Shown: piece after piece, positions 43,629 through 54,165 of the stretch | Layout: every line of letters begins with the position of its first letter | Position numbering within the stretch: position 1 is the first letter of the stretch | Assembly: GCA_963730185.1 (NCBI GenBank) | Contig: CAVSQW010000017.1 | Span: 1-64,000, forward strand | Direction of reading: 5' to 3' | Length of the DNA: 64,000 bases | DNA from: an uncultured Gemmatimonadales bacterium | GTDB lineage: Bacteria; Gemmatimonadota; Gemmatimonadetes; Gemmatimonadales; GWC2-71-9 | Made by a program: the position numbers and the translations under genes | The notes under the pieces: generated by a model | The model's database searches: none | The model's input: only the letters and a program-made list of their open reading frames with translations | Told to the model about the DNA's origin: nothing

Positions 43629-44440
43629 GCCCGCTTGGAAACCGGTACGGTTCGGCGCGAGCCGGCCGACCAGGCCTCTCGCCAGAGCTTCCATCGGATC
43701 CGGGCCACGCCCTTGATGTCCTCCCACGCGGTGCGGACGATCTTCACTCGGCTGTCGTCGTCCTCGACCCAGGCGACGGGCAGGTCCATGATCTTGTAGC
43801 CCCGCTTCTCGGCCAGGACGAGGAGCTCGGTGTCGAAGAACCAGGACTGATCCTCGATCTCCGGCACGATCTCCTGCACCACCCGCCGACTGACGACCTT
43901 GAACCCGCACTGCGCGTCGCTGAACGAGGTCCAGAGGACGCTCTTGACCATCAGATTGTAGAGTCGGGAGATGACCTCGCGCTTCCACGAGCGGACGACC
44001 TTCGAGTCGCGAAGCAGACGCGATCCGGTGCCGAGGTCGTACCCTCCATCCAGAATCCCGTCGACCAGCTTGGGCAGGGCGGCCAGCTCGGTCGAGAGGT
44101 CGACGTCGGTGTAACAGACGACCTCGGCGTCGCTCTGGGTCCAGGCGTGCCGGAGGGCCCGACCCCGGCCTCGGAGCGGCAGCTGGACGAACTGGACCTC
44201 GTCCGGGTGGTCGGCCACCAGCTTGCGCGCCACCTCCGCGGTCCCGTCGTTCGAGCCGTTGTCGACCACCACGACCCGCCAGCGCCGGCGCAGTTCGCGC
44301 GCCAGGAAAGTTCGGACCTCGGTGACGCTCTTCGCCAGGACGTGGGCCTCGTTGAGCACCGGAATGACCAAGTCGACCCGCGGGTCGGTTCCCGAGGGTG
44401 GCTGCGGCTTGACGCCTGGTGCCGTGGGCGGCTGTGCCAT
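43625..44440 (-). CDS. Polyprenyl-phosphate glucosyltransferase-like GT2 (DPG synthase type)
   Basis: VIPVLNE, VDNGSND, GRGRALR, YTDVDLST, DAQCGFK, WFFDTELL; alternative start 44488. Confidence 0.88.
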   Translation of the reverse strand: MAQPPTAPGVKPQPPSGTDPRVDLVIPVLNEAHVLAKSVTEVRTFLARELRRRWRVVVVDNGSNDGTAEVARKLVADHPDEVQFVQLPLRGRGRALRHAWTQSDAEVVCYTDVDLSTELAALPKLVDGILDGGYDLGTGSRLLRDSKVVRSWKREVISRLYNLMVKSVLWTSFSDAQCGFKVVSRRVVQEIVPEIEDQSWFFDTELLVLAEKRGYKIMDLPVAWVEDDDSRVKIVRTAWEDIKGVARIRWKLWREAWSAGSRRTVPVSKRA

Positions 44441-44607
44441 CGACCAGCTCCCCAATTCGCCGTTCCGTTGTGGCTCGGTGGCCGTCACCTGCGGTGGCGG
44501 CGCGACAGTTGGACCCCCCGGGGCCGCGAACCGCGTTCCCGCCTCGGGTTCAGTCTGTCATGTTGTTGCAAAACAACGACTTACCGCGATGCCTCGCGAC
44601 TGAAATG

Positions 44608-44623
44608 GGCAAGCTTAGTGCCA
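44608..44623 (-). promoter_or_regulatory. sigma54 promoter overlapping the upstream stop codon
   Basis: Minus strand TGGCAC-TAAGC-TTGCC; IHF-like AAACAA-CGAC-TTA at 44571-44583. Confidence 0.6.
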
Positions 44624-46132
44624 GGACACCTCCGACAGGCCGGCCGGCTTCCAGGGTGACTTCACCCGCCAGACCATGAATATGAGCACCGCCCAGACGG
44701 CCATCCATGGGAGCGCCGAGGGCCTACCCGACAGCCAGGGAAGGTACTGCTCCGACATGTGCGACAGGACCGTGAGCCAGGGGAGCTGGAAGCCCTCCGT
44801 GAAGACCCGCACCACGTCCTGCGCGATGCTGCCCTGACCCCGTACCATCGCCATCGACCAGCCGACCACCACCGACAGGAAGGCGAGGCCGTAGGCCAGG
44901 ATCCGCGGCATCCGGAGGAGCGCCGGCACGGCGGCCAGGAACAGGAACGGGAAGGCCGGCGCGAGATAGCGGATCCCGGAGATCCACTGGATCCGGGTGT
45001 ACTGGACCGTCCCGAAGAAGAGCACCAGGACCATGGTAAAGCCGAGGCACAGGATCGCCTCGCGCATGGGGAGCGGGCCGCGCCGGCGCCGGGCCAGCCA
45101 GAGCGCCGCGATCGACACCAGGGCCAGCGGCATGGTCACGAACAGTCCGAACCGGGGCTCGAACAGCAGCTCCTTCAAGAGGAGCGGGCTGATCCCGCCC
45201 ACCCCCTGGTAGCCGACGTCGCTCCACTGGACTGGTGGCATCCAGTTCTGGGGCGGGAGGAACGGGTTCCCGAAGCTCGCCCACTGGTACTGCATCAAGA
45301 GCAGGGTGCCGGGGATGAGGCCGAGGCCGTACCGGAACGCGTCCTTGAACCCGGCCGCCCAGCCGACCTCGTCGGCCCGCCGCCACCAGGCGTAGAGTCC
45401 GATCATTCCGGCGGTGATGGCGCCGCTGTAGTCGCACAGGAAGGAGAGGCCGCCCAGCAGGCCGGCGATGAAATACCGGGTCGCGGGGCGCCAGGCGATT
45501 CGGCCGGCCGGGTTCCAGACCAACACGAATGCGGCGAACTCGAAGACGCCGATGGCCAGATTGTGGTTCAGGTACCCGGTTCGGAAAAAGACGGGGGTTC
45601 CGAACGCGTAGAGCAGGGAGAGCCAGAGCGCCCGGCGCTGACTCAGGCCGATGGCCCCCAGGACGCCGAACATCAGGACCACGCCCCAGGCGGTGATCGG
45701 GGCCATGCAAAGGACCATGGTCACCGCGGCCACCAGGCCGAAGCGGATGTCCAGGCCCCGCTGGCGGGTGGTCCGATAGAACTCGACTCGCACCGGCCGG
45801 TTGTCGCGGTAGACGGCGGTGGTGTCGCCGCTCGCCTGCCGGGCGGCGAGCTCGCGATTCACGACCCAATCGATCGCCGGCTTGGTGAGGAAGTAGGGCA
45901 GCGCCGCGAGCATCGAGATGCCCGGGTTAGCCCCGTGGTGGGCCCCCGGAACGCTCGACCGGGGCGGGTTCATGAAGATGTCGGCGTGGAGGCCGTAATA
46001 CGGATCGAGGCGGTACGAGTGGTCCTCGACCATGCTGAGCACCAGGTAGTGCTCCCGCACGAAGTTGGTGGCGAAGTGCAGGGTATACACCAGCCAACAG
46101 GTGAGGAACAGCCGGAGCCGGACCGCGGTCAT
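44615..46132 (-). CDS. Integral membrane protein, probable GT-C fold
   Basis: TM1 then periplasmic loop (NFVREHY..ANPGISML), YAFGTP, FGNPF, GIRYLAPAFPFL. Confidence 0.6.
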   Translation of the reverse strand: MTAVRLRLFLTCWLVYTLHFATNFVREHYLVLSMVEDHSYRLDPYYGLHADIFMNPPRSSVPGAHHGANPGISMLAALPYFLTKPAIDWVVNRELAARQASGDTTAVYRDNRPVRVEFYRTTRQRGLDIRFGLVAAVTMVLCMAPITAWGVVLMFGVLGAIGLSQRRALWLSLLYAFGTPVFFRTGYLNHNLAIGVFEFAAFVLVWNPAGRIAWRPATRYFIAGLLGGLSFLCDYSGAITAGMIGLYAWWRRADEVGWAAGFKDAFRYGLGLIPGTLLLMQYQWASFGNPFLPPQNWMPPVQWSDVGYQGVGGISPLLLKELLFEPRFGLFVTMPLALVSIAALWLARRRRGPLPMREAILCLGFTMVLVLFFGTVQYTRIQWISGIRYLAPAFPFLFLAAVPALLRMPRILAYGLAFLSVVVGWSMAMVRGQGSIAQDVVRVFTEGFQLPWLTVLSHMSEQYLPWLSGRPSALPWMAVWAVLIFMVWRVKSPWKPAGLSEVSWH

Positions 46133-47187
46133 GCGGGCGATTCCGGGAGGGGTGCCAACGTCACCGGGCCGCCGGTCCGCGACGACTCGTAGACGGCGTG
46201 CGCCACCTCGACCGACCGCACGCCGGCCTCGCCGTCGGCGAGGGTCAGGCCCCGCTCGCCCGCGGCCATCCGCTGGAAGTCACGGAGCTCGGCCTCGAAC
46301 GAGAGGAGCGCCGTGGAGGTCCAGGTCTTGAGTTTTTCGCGAATGATGATCTCGGGATAGAACCGCATCTTCCGCTTGCGACGACCGCCGGGGCGGTCGG
46401 AGGTGACCAGAAGGTTGAACATCGGCGCGTAGTAGCCCCGGACCATGCCGGTCTCGCCGTAGACGTCGACGTAGAAGCCGTAGCCTCGCCACTCGGTCCA
46501 GCAGGCCTGGTAGAACACCGGGAGCCCGGCCGCCGTCTTGAAGATCGCCATGGCGTTGTCCTCCGACCCGGGCACCTTCCAGATCCGGTTGGAGACCACG
46601 CCGCACACCTCCTGGATGTCGCCGAGGAGGTAGCGGACCAAGTCGGTCATGTGGATCCCGACGTCCATCATCGCCCCGCCGCCGGAGGCGGGCGCCTTGT
46701 ACTGCCAGTCGGCCTTGAAGTTGGCCAGGCCGTCGTGGCCGCCGAAGATCCGGACGTGGTCCAAGGCGCCGATCCGCCCGCTCGCGATGGTTTCTTTGAC
46801 GAACTGGATCGCGGGGTAGTAGCGATGATTGAAGCCGACCGCCAGGACGCGATCGGCCGACCGCGCCGCCGCCAACATCCGGCGAGCGCTCTCGACGCTG
46901 CTCCCGAGGGGCTTTTCGCAAAGGACGTGGAGCCCCCGCTGATAGGCGCCCAACACGGCCTCTTCGTGGTTGGGAAGGGGCGACGAGACGATCACCGCGT
47001 CCAGATCGTCGCGGCTCAGGAGCTCGCTCGTGCTGGTCAGGGCGACGGCGCCGGTGCCGGCGACGGCCCGCTCGGCCGAGGCCGACACCGGATCGACGAC
47101 GGCGACCAGGGTCGCGGCCGGGTTCTTGGTGACGCTTTGGGCGCGCAGCTGGCCGATCGCGCCGGCGCCGATCACTCCGATTCGCAT
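46129..47187 (-). CDS. Gfo/Idh/MocA family NAD(P) oxidoreductase
   Basis: [36 protein letters not shown]. Confidence 0.9.
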   Translation of the reverse strand: MRIGVIGAGAIGQLRAQSVTKNPAATLVAVVDPVSASAERAVAGTGAVALTSTSELLSRDDLDAVIVSSPLPNHEEAVLGAYQRGLHVLCEKPLGSSVESARRMLAAARSADRVLAVGFNHRYYPAIQFVKETIASGRIGALDHVRIFGGHDGLANFKADWQYKAPASGGGAMMDVGIHMTDLVRYLLGDIQEVCGVVSNRIWKVPGSEDNAMAIFKTAAGLPVFYQACWTEWRGYGFYVDVYGETGMVRGYYAPMFNLLVTSDRPGGRRKRKMRFYPEIIIREKLKTWTSTALLSFEAELRDFQRMAAGERGLTLADGEAGVRSVEVAHAVYESSRTGGPVTLAPLPESPA

Positions 47188-48617
47188 CAATCCTCCACGA
47201 CGTGACTTTCGAACAGCCGACGGTAGTCGGCCCAGCGAGCCTGGTCGAACGAGCCCGACTCGAGGCACTCGGCGGCGGCGTAGGCCATCGCGAGGGCATG
47301 GTGGGTGTTGTCATGGGCGAAGAGCCCCTGGCGCCCGTAGGTGAGCAGCCCGGGGATGTTCTCCGCCCAGCGATCCAGCGTCCCGAACACCGTCTCGTAC
47401 CCGTTGGTGTAGATCGGGTAGGCGTGCGGCAGTCGGCGCACTCGGACCGCCGTGGCCGGCACCGGGAGCGGAATGCCGGACCGGGCCAGATCGGCGGCGA
47501 CCAGGGCCCCCAGTCCGGCCTCGTCGAGCGCCCAGGCGTCGTCGCCGGGCGAGGCGGGGAGCTCGGCGCAGAGCACGGTCCGGCCGGCCGGCTCCGCCAG
47601 CGCGGCGTAGTTCTTGGGCTCTGAGAGCCGGGTGATCCGGACGTCGGCGCTGGGGAAGTAGTGCGCGTCGTACTCCGTGAACCGGGCGACGGGGAGATCG
47701 AGATAGACGAGGAGCATGCCTCGATACTCGATCGAGCCGGCCGCGGCGGCGACGTCGGCCGGGACGGAGTCGAACAGCCGGGTCAGGATCGTGAGCGGGA
47801 GGGTCGACCAGACGTGGTCGACCGTCTTCGGTGCTGCGGGTCCCTTCGGTCTCGGACTCGACCGTCCAGCGGTCGCCGTCGGGCGCCAGCCGGACCACTC
47901 GGCTCTGGTAACGGATCTCGGCGCCCGCCTGGACCGCTTCGGTCGGCGTAGGCCTCGCTGATCTGTCCGAAGCCCCGGCGAGGATAGAAGAACCGTCCGG
48001 CGCCGGGCGGCTTGAGGCCGGGGACCTGGGCCAGCACCTCGGCGGACCAGCTTGCGACACCGAGCCGGCCGAAACGCGGCGCCGGGCCTGGATCGCCGAG
48101 AGCGCCTCCGGCGGCTCTGGCCCCAGATCTTGGCCGCGTACGGAAAGTAGAACTGATCGCAGATCGTCGGACCGAGGCTGGCCCGCAGCACCGCGGCGAA
48201 CGTGTCCTCGCGCCGGGCCGGCGCGGAACGCGCTTGCAGAGGATGTCTCGGAGCGCGCCCGGCGGCGAAGCCGGGATCGAGCCGGAGCAGCAGGTCCACG
48301 GGCTTGAGCGGGAAGTGGATCCATCGACCCCGGAGTCGGATCCGGCCGTGTCGGGGACGGTCGAGCAGGTCCGTCTCCGAGAGAGCGCCGGATGTCCGCC
48401 AGGATCGCCGGGGTCGCACGAGGGGTGGAGCCGGTGGCTCCCGAAGTCCAGCCGTGAGCCGCCTCGAGATCGAAGCTCCCGGCGTTGCCGCCGGCCACCG
48501 TCTGCTGCTCGTAGACCGTGACCGAGGCCCGGTGCCGGCCCGGCGAAGCCGATAGGCGGCCCCGACCCCGGCCGGTCCGGCGCCGAGGATCGCGACCCGG
48601 GGACGGGACTCGCTCAT
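47187..48617 (-). CDS. FAD-dependent oxidoreductase (HemY/UGM-like), frameshifted
   Basis: [48 protein letters not shown]. Confidence 0.8.
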   Translation of the reverse strand: MSESRPRVAILGAGPAGVGAAYRLRRAGTGPRSRSTSSRRWPAATPGASISRRLTAGLREPPAPPLVRPRRSWRTSGALSETDLLDRPRHGRIRLRGRWIHFPLKPVDLLLRLDPGFAAGRAPRHPLQARSAPARREDTFAAVLRASLGPTICDQFYFPYAAKIWGQSRRRRSRRSRPGAAFRPARCRKLVRRGAGPGPRPQAARRRTVLLSSPGLRTDQRGLRRPKRSRRAPRSVTRAEWSGWRPTATAGRSSPRPKGPAAPKTVDHVWSTLPLTILTRLFDSVPADVAAAAGSIEYRGMLLVYLDLPVARFTEYDAHYFPSADVRITRLSEPKNYAALAEPAGRTVLCAELPASPGDDAWALDEAGLGALVAADLARSGIPLPVPATAVRVRRLPHAYPIYTNGYETVFGTLDRWAENIPGLLTYGRQGLFAHDNTHHALAMAYAAAECLESGSFDQARWADYRRLFESHVVED

Positions 48618-49586
48618 TTGGCCAGGGTGGCGGCAGGGTGAGAGGCGATGGCCGCGGCCACCCGGGCCTGACGGATCCGGCCGAGGACCAGCCACACGAG
48701 ACCGCCGGTCAGCCCGCCGATGATCAGGACCGACTGCCAGAGCAGCGAGCAGACGACGCTTCGCGCCGCCGGGACGCCGAACGGCAGCAGGAGCCCCGCG
48801 AGGCTGGCTTCCCGGACGGCGAGCCCGCCCGAGGCTGATCGGCAGCAGGCTGGTGATCTTGGCCAGCGGCCAGACCAGGAACCAGGCGGCGAGGCGTGCA
48901 CGTCGATCCCGACCGCCCGCCCAGCGAGGGCGTTGAGGAGCACGAAGCCGCCCTGGATGATCAGCGACAGGGTCAGACCGCGGAGGGCCACCGCCGGGTT
49001 GCGCCGGAGCTGGCGCAGGGCCACGAGCGCCCGGCCCACCGGCCGGCGGAACCGGCGCCGGCCAGCGGGCCAGCGGGCGCCGGATGGCGAGCGGTGCGCC
49101 GAGGCCTGCGACCACCAGGCCGAGGATGATTGCCGTGCCGACGACGCGGGCCCCCCAGCCCGGCAGGTGGCTCCGGGCCAGGACGCCGCCCACCGTGGCC
49201 AGCGCGGTGAGCGCCATCATGTCGGTGACCCGGTCCATGATCCCGCCGAACAGGGCGGCCTCCGGCCGGCGGGTGAAGCGGCCGGCCAGTCCCAGGCGGA
49301 GCACGTCGCCGCCGACGATGCTCGGGAGGCACAGGTTGGCGAAGAGGCCGGCGCTGTAGCAGATCACCGCGTCGACCCGGCGGAGGGCTGCCCGCCCCGC
49401 GTTCACGAACCCGCGCCACTTGATTACCCCGAGCGTGTGGCCGGCGAGGAAGCCCGCCAACACCCCCGCCCACAAGAGCGGCGGCAGGCGGCCCAGCGCC
49501 TCGCGGACCTGATCCCAGGGAAGGATCAGGAAGACGATCGTCAGCAGGGTCGCGCTGACGGCGACCTTGAGCACCAGCTTCATCAT
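48614..49586 (-). CDS. Lysylphosphatidylglycerol-synthase-TM/UPF0104 flippase-like membrane protein (frameshifted)
   Basis: GLFANLCLPSIVGGDVLR, MDRVTD, LLPISLG(G)LAVREA. Confidence 0.8.
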
Positions 49587-50473
49587 TTCGACGCCATCCG
49601 GGCGTTCTGGTCCGCCAGGAGCCCGACCGCCCAGACGATCAGGGCGCCGAGCAACCCGAGCACCGCGCTCTCGGACAGATTGTCGCGGGTGATGTCGTAG
49701 CCGAACTTGGCCAGGCCCGCGGTCGCCAGCACCACCCCGAGCGGGATGAAGACCTTGAGCGGGTTGAAGTAGACGATGACCCGGAGCACCAACAGGGTAA
49801 AGTCGTAGGCATGGCGCGGGCGGATCTTCGATTCGCCGAGCCGAGCCTGGTAGTCGATCGGGACGTACTCCACCGCGTGGCCGTTGCAGATCGAGGCCAA
49901 GGTGATCGTGGTGGTGAAGGAGAAGCCGTTCGGCAGCAGATGGACGTAGCGTTCCACCAGGTCCTTCCGCATGACCCGGAGGCCGGAGTTGAGGTCTGGG
50001 ATCCGGACCCCGCTCAGGTAGCTGGCCAGCCCGCGAATGAACGCCTTGGCCGGCCGGCGGATCAGGGGGATCCGTACCGTGCTCCCGGTCCGCGCTCCCA
50101 CCACCATCGCGTTCCGCTCGGCCGCCTCCAGCAGCGCCGGGATGGCTTCCACCGGATAGGTGCCGTCGGCGTCGGTGATCAGGACGTAGTCGTATTGCGC
50201 CCGGCGGATGCCCAGCTTCAGCGCGGCGCCGTACCCGCGATTGTGCGGTCGCCGGAGCACCCGGGCGCCGGTGGAGTCGGCCTGGGTCGCCGTGTCGTCG
50301 GTCGAGCCGTCGTCCACCACCAGGATCTCGAAGCGCCACCCGCTCCGCTGGAGCACGGCCTCCACGTCGCGGATCTGCTGCGCCACGTGCGGACCCTCGT
50401 TGAAGGCCGGCACCACCACGGAGATCGCGCGCTCCAGGTGTTTGGCCTCGTCGTCGATGACCGTTTCGATCAC
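49583..50473 (-). CDS. Polyprenyl-phosphate glycosyltransferase (GT2)
   Basis: SVVVPAFNE, NRGYGAALKLG, TDADGTYP, DLNSGLR, LPNGFSFTTT; C-terminal TMs. Confidence 0.88.
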   Translation of the reverse strand: MIETVIDDEAKHLERAISVVVPAFNEGPHVAQQIRDVEAVLQRSGWRFEILVVDDGSTDDTATQADSTGARVLRRPHNRGYGAALKLGIRRAQYDYVLITDADGTYPVEAIPALLEAAERNAMVVGARTGSTVRIPLIRRPAKAFIRGLASYLSGVRIPDLNSGLRVMRKDLVERYVHLLPNGFSFTTTITLASICNGHAVEYVPIDYQARLGESKIRPRHAYDFTLLVLRVIVYFNPLKVFIPLGVVLATAGLAKFGYDITRDNLSESAVLGLLGALIVWAVGLLADQNARMASK

Positions 50474-50481
50474 GGCTGGCC

Positions 50482-52146
50482 TCAGCTGGCGGGTTGGGGG
50501 CGACGGGTGACCATCACGACCACGGCACCGCCACCGACGGTGCCTGGATAGACCGCGGCGGTATCGTACCGGCTGGCCAGGCGGTCCCAGATGCCGGGTT
50601 GCACCGCCGCCAGCCGAACCGGGAACGTGTACAGGAGCCAGGTCCGGGGGTGGCCACGCTCGATCGCTTCGAGGCTGTCGAGGCTCGTCACCGCGGGCCA
50701 AGGTCGCCGGAAGTAGCGCTCGTACGGGTAGCTCGTCAGATCGACGGTCACGACGGCGTCCGCCCCGTCGCTGGTCCGATCGACGAACTGAGCGGCGCCA
50801 GCGAAATCCTGCTTGGGTTGCCACGCCCTCGGGACCGTGAGCGCGCTGGCGACGAGGAGGACCGCCGCCCCGACCAGGGCCAGGCGCGGGCCGCGGTCAC
50901 GGAACAAGCCACGACAGATCGCGAAGCCACCCCGGACCGCGATCAGGACGGCGAATCCGGCGCTGAAGAAGAAGAAGCGGGGCCAGAGGTTGTGCCCCAT
51001 CCCGACGACGACCGCCGCCGTGACCAGCCCCGGCACGACCACCAGCGCCGTGAGCGGTCGGTCCCGGCGCCAGCAGCTCCCCACCCCGATCAACACGACC
51101 GCCAGCCCCCCCAGCAGCACCACCGGCCCGCCCGGCAGCCCCCGGCCCAGACCCCGAATGGTCTCGGCCACGAGCCAGGCCGGGCTCTGCCAGGGCGTCG
51201 CCGCGACGGAGGGTGCCGGGACCACCATGGTCCGGACCATCTGGGGCAACACCGGGGCATAGAGGCAAAGACTGATCAGCCCGGCCAGGGCAATCCCGGC
51301 CACCGGCCGGAGGAGGACGCCCGCCCGGCGGTCCGGACCGCGGAGCCAGAATCCGGCGACCACCAGGGCGTGGGCGACGGCCACCAGCGCCGCGGTCATG
51401 TGGGTGTAGGACGCCAGGGCCATCGCCACGGCGTACCCGGCCACCGCCCGCCACCCGGCGGTCGCATCGGTGAGCAGGCGGTGCATGGCGGCCGTGGCCA
51501 GCAGGGTGAAGAACAGAAGACCGGTATAGCCGCGGGCGTTCTGGGAGAACCAGACGTGGTGGTAGGACACGGCCAGCAGGGCCGCCCCCACCAGCGTCTC
51601 GTCCCGCCCCACGAACCGCCGCGCGAAGGCGACGTACGCCCAGATGCTGGCGACGCCGAAGAGCAGGGCGGGCAGCCGCAGCGTTGCGGCGCTCTCGCCG
51701 AACAGGGCCACGGCGCCGCGGGCCAGGATCGAGTAGAGCAGGTGCTGGTTCTGGCTGTCGAAGGTCGTGACGATCACGCCCGCGGGTTGGCGAACGTAGG
51801 ACACCAGGGTGTCGATCTCGTCGTACCAGAGACCGCGGTCGAGCCCGGGAATCCGGAGGGCTACGGCGGCCACCAGGAGCAGGCCGACGACCCAGACCGG
51901 GATCGGCGCCGGCTCCCGCGACGGAGCCGCGGCCAGGGCCGGCCGCCCCGCCAGGTCGACCCGACCGGCCAGCAGCCAGACCAGGGCCAGCGCCACCAGC
52001 GCCACCCGAAGCAGCAGCATCCCTAGCCGTACCGGATCGCCTCCGCCGGGATGGAGCCAGTCGGCGACCCGGACCGAGGGCAGCACGAGCCCGAGGGCCA
52101 GGAGCAGGAGCGGACCCACCGCCTGGGACCGGGTCCAGCGAGTCAT
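50482..52146 (-). CDS. GT-C fold (ArnT/PMT-like) membrane glycosyltransferase
   Basis: LWYDEIDT, NQHLLY, LRLPALLFG, FSQNARGY. Confidence 0.82.
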   Translation of the reverse strand: MTRWTRSQAVGPLLLLALGLVLPSVRVADWLHPGGGDPVRLGMLLLRVALVALALVWLLAGRVDLAGRPALAAAPSREPAPIPVWVVGLLLVAAVALRIPGLDRGLWYDEIDTLVSYVRQPAGVIVTTFDSQNQHLLYSILARGAVALFGESAATLRLPALLFGVASIWAYVAFARRFVGRDETLVGAALLAVSYHHVWFSQNARGYTGLLFFTLLATAAMHRLLTDATAGWRAVAGYAVAMALASYTHMTAALVAVAHALVVAGFWLRGPDRRAGVLLRPVAGIALAGLISLCLYAPVLPQMVRTMVVPAPSVAATPWQSPAWLVAETIRGLGRGLPGGPVVLLGGLAVVLIGVGSCWRRDRPLTALVVVPGLVTAAVVVGMGHNLWPRFFFFSAGFAVLIAVRGGFAICRGLFRDRGPRLALVGAAVLLVASALTVPRAWQPKQDFAGAAQFVDRTSDGADAVVTVDLTSYPYERYFRRPWPAVTSLDSLEAIERGHPRTWLLYTFPVRLAAVQPGIWDRLASRYDTAAVYPGTVGGGAVVVMVTRRPQPAS

Positions 52147-52182
52147 CGGTGACGCCTAGAGGGAAGCATTGGGCGCCCATTT

Positions 52183-52198
52183 GGCAATGTTTGTTCCA
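52183..52198 (-). promoter_or_regulatory. sigma54 -24/-12 promoter
   Basis: Minus strand TGGAAC-AAACA-TTGCC, 37 nt upstream of the ATG; palindrome at 52280-52297. Confidence 0.62.
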
Positions 52199-52402
52199 CT
52201 CGCGCAACAACGACCAGCTCCATCCCGGACGATCGGAGCCGGCGTCGATTGGCGATAAGATCAGGGAAGGTGGTCTATCTGTGGCGACCGCGCAACAATA
52301 CCGAATGTCCCGGAGGTTGCCCGATGCACGCGCGCATCGCCCGGTGTGGCGCCGACCCCAGCAGTGGGGTCGGCGCCGCGGTTCGGGTGGGCTAGCCGGG
52401 CT

Positions 52403-53389
52403 TCAGCTTTGGCGCCGGCTCTCGAACCAGGCGCGATACCAGGCGATGGCTTCGTCGAGGCCCTGCTCGAGGGTGAACGCCGGCTCCCACCCCATGCCGG
52501 TCCGGGCCTTGGTGCAGTCGAGGAACTGGCGGGGGATTTCGTGGGTGGCCTCGCCGAGGACGGTGGGCTCGAAGTGCTGGGCGCCCATCCGGCCGAGAAT
52601 CAGGTGGACCAGCTCGAGCACCGAGACAGGCGTTTCGGTGCCGAAGTTGAAGGCCTGGCCCAGAAAGGCGTCCTCGTCCATTCGCTCGGCCAGCGCGAGG
52701 TAGGCGTTGACCGCGTCGCGCACGAAGAAATAGTCGCGGACGAAGGTCCCGTCGCTTCGCACGACCGGGGTCCGGTCGTGCAGCACCGAACGGATGGTGC
52801 CGGGGACCAGGCGGTTGAAATTGAGGTCGCCCCCGCCGAAGAGGTTGCCGCACCGGGTGACCGCGACCGGCAGCCGGTAGGTGTGCCAGTAGGACAGGGT
52901 GATCAGGTCGGTGCACGACTTGGAGACGTCGTAAGGATACCGGCCCTGGAGCGGCGCGTCCTCGGTGTACGGCAGCTCGGCGTGCTCGCCGTAGGCCTTG
53001 TCGCTCGACGCGACCACGACCCGCTTGACCAGCTTCGGGTTGCCGCGGCAGGCCTCGAGCACGTTCCAGGTTCCCCGGATGTTCGACTCGAAGGTCGAGA
53101 TCGGTGACCGCGACGCGGTGCCGACGATGGTCTGGGCGCCGAGATGCATCACCGTCTCGATCTCGTACTCGTTCATGGCCCGGAGGAGGAGGTCGCGGTC
53201 TTCCACCTCGCCCCGGACCACGTTGACCCGGTTCAGGAGGTCGCTCCCCAGCAACGGGCTTGCCGGTACCCAGTCGCGGACCAGGCAGACCACCGAGGCG
53301 CCCCGCCGGACCAGCTCCTCGACCATGTGGGACCCGAGGAGGCCGCTCGCCCCGGTGACGAAGACGTTGCGATCGTTCCAGAAGGTCAT
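52403..53389 (-). CDS. rfbG: CDP-glucose 4,6-dehydratase-like SDR
   Basis: [48 protein letters not shown]. Confidence 0.75.
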   Translation of the reverse strand: MTFWNDRNVFVTGASGLLGSHMVEELVRRGASVVCLVRDWVPASPLLGSDLLNRVNVVRGEVEDRDLLLRAMNEYEIETVMHLGAQTIVGTASRSPISTFESNIRGTWNVLEACRGNPKLVKRVVVASSDKAYGEHAELPYTEDAPLQGRYPYDVSKSCTDLITLSYWHTYRLPVAVTRCGNLFGGGDLNFNRLVPGTIRSVLHDRTPVVRSDGTFVRDYFFVRDAVNAYLALAERMDEDAFLGQAFNFGTETPVSVLELVHLILGRMGAQHFEPTVLGEATHEIPRQFLDCTKARTGMGWEPAFTLEQGLDEAIAWYRAWFESRRQS

Positions 53390-54163
53390 GACCAGGTCTT
53401 CCAGGGTGCGGTGCCGCCGTTCCAGAGGGCCTCGAGCAGGAGCTTTTCCCGCAGGGTGTCCATCGGTTGCCAGAACCCGTCGTGTTTGAAGGCCATGAGC
53501 TGGCCGGCCGCCGCGATCCGCTCCAGCGGCTCGCGTTCCAGGATCGACGCGTCGTCGGTGAGATAGTCGAGCACGCCGCGCTCGAAGACGAAGAAGCCGC
53601 CGTTGATCCAGCCTTCGCCGGTCTGGGGCTTCTCGCTGAATTCGTGGACCGCGCCCGTGGGATCGAGCATCAGGCCGCCGAAGCGGGAGGGCGGACGCAC
53701 CGCGGTGACGGTCGCCAGGCGGCCGTGGGCGCGATGGAAGCGGAGCAAGGCATCGACGTCGACGTTGCCCACGCCGTCGCCGTAGGTCACCATGAAGGTG
53801 GAGCCCTCGATCAGCGATCCGAGCCGCCGGATCCGGCCGCCCGTCATCGTCTCGAGGCCCGGTGTCCACCACGGATACCCGCCAGTCGAGCCGGGCCGAC
53901 CGGTTCAGGAACTCCACCTTGCCGGTCGCGAAGTCGATCGCGTAGTCGTTCTCGTGGAGGATGAAGTTGTGGAAGTACTCCTTGATCACCTCTCCCCGGT
54001 AGCCACAGGCGAGCAGGAAGTCCTTGTGCCCGTGGGCGGCGTAGATGCTCATGATGTGCCAGAGAATCGGCCGGCCCCCGATCTCCACCATCGGCTTGGG
54101 CCGCGCGGTCGTCTCTTCGGCGAGGCGGGTGCCCTTGCCGCCGGCGAGGATGATCACCTGCAT
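53386..54163 (-). CDS. rfbF: Glucose-1-phosphate cytidylyltransferase (frameshift near 53855)
   Basis: [54 protein letters not shown]. Confidence 0.92.
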
Positions 54164-54165
54164 GC

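Noticed and set aside
47187..50339. 1050-aa ORF suggesting a flippase-oxidoreductase fusion
   Set aside because: It threads through three genes, with out-of-frame low-complexity stretches between in-frame parts; frameshifts and stop-poor GC-rich DNA explain it.
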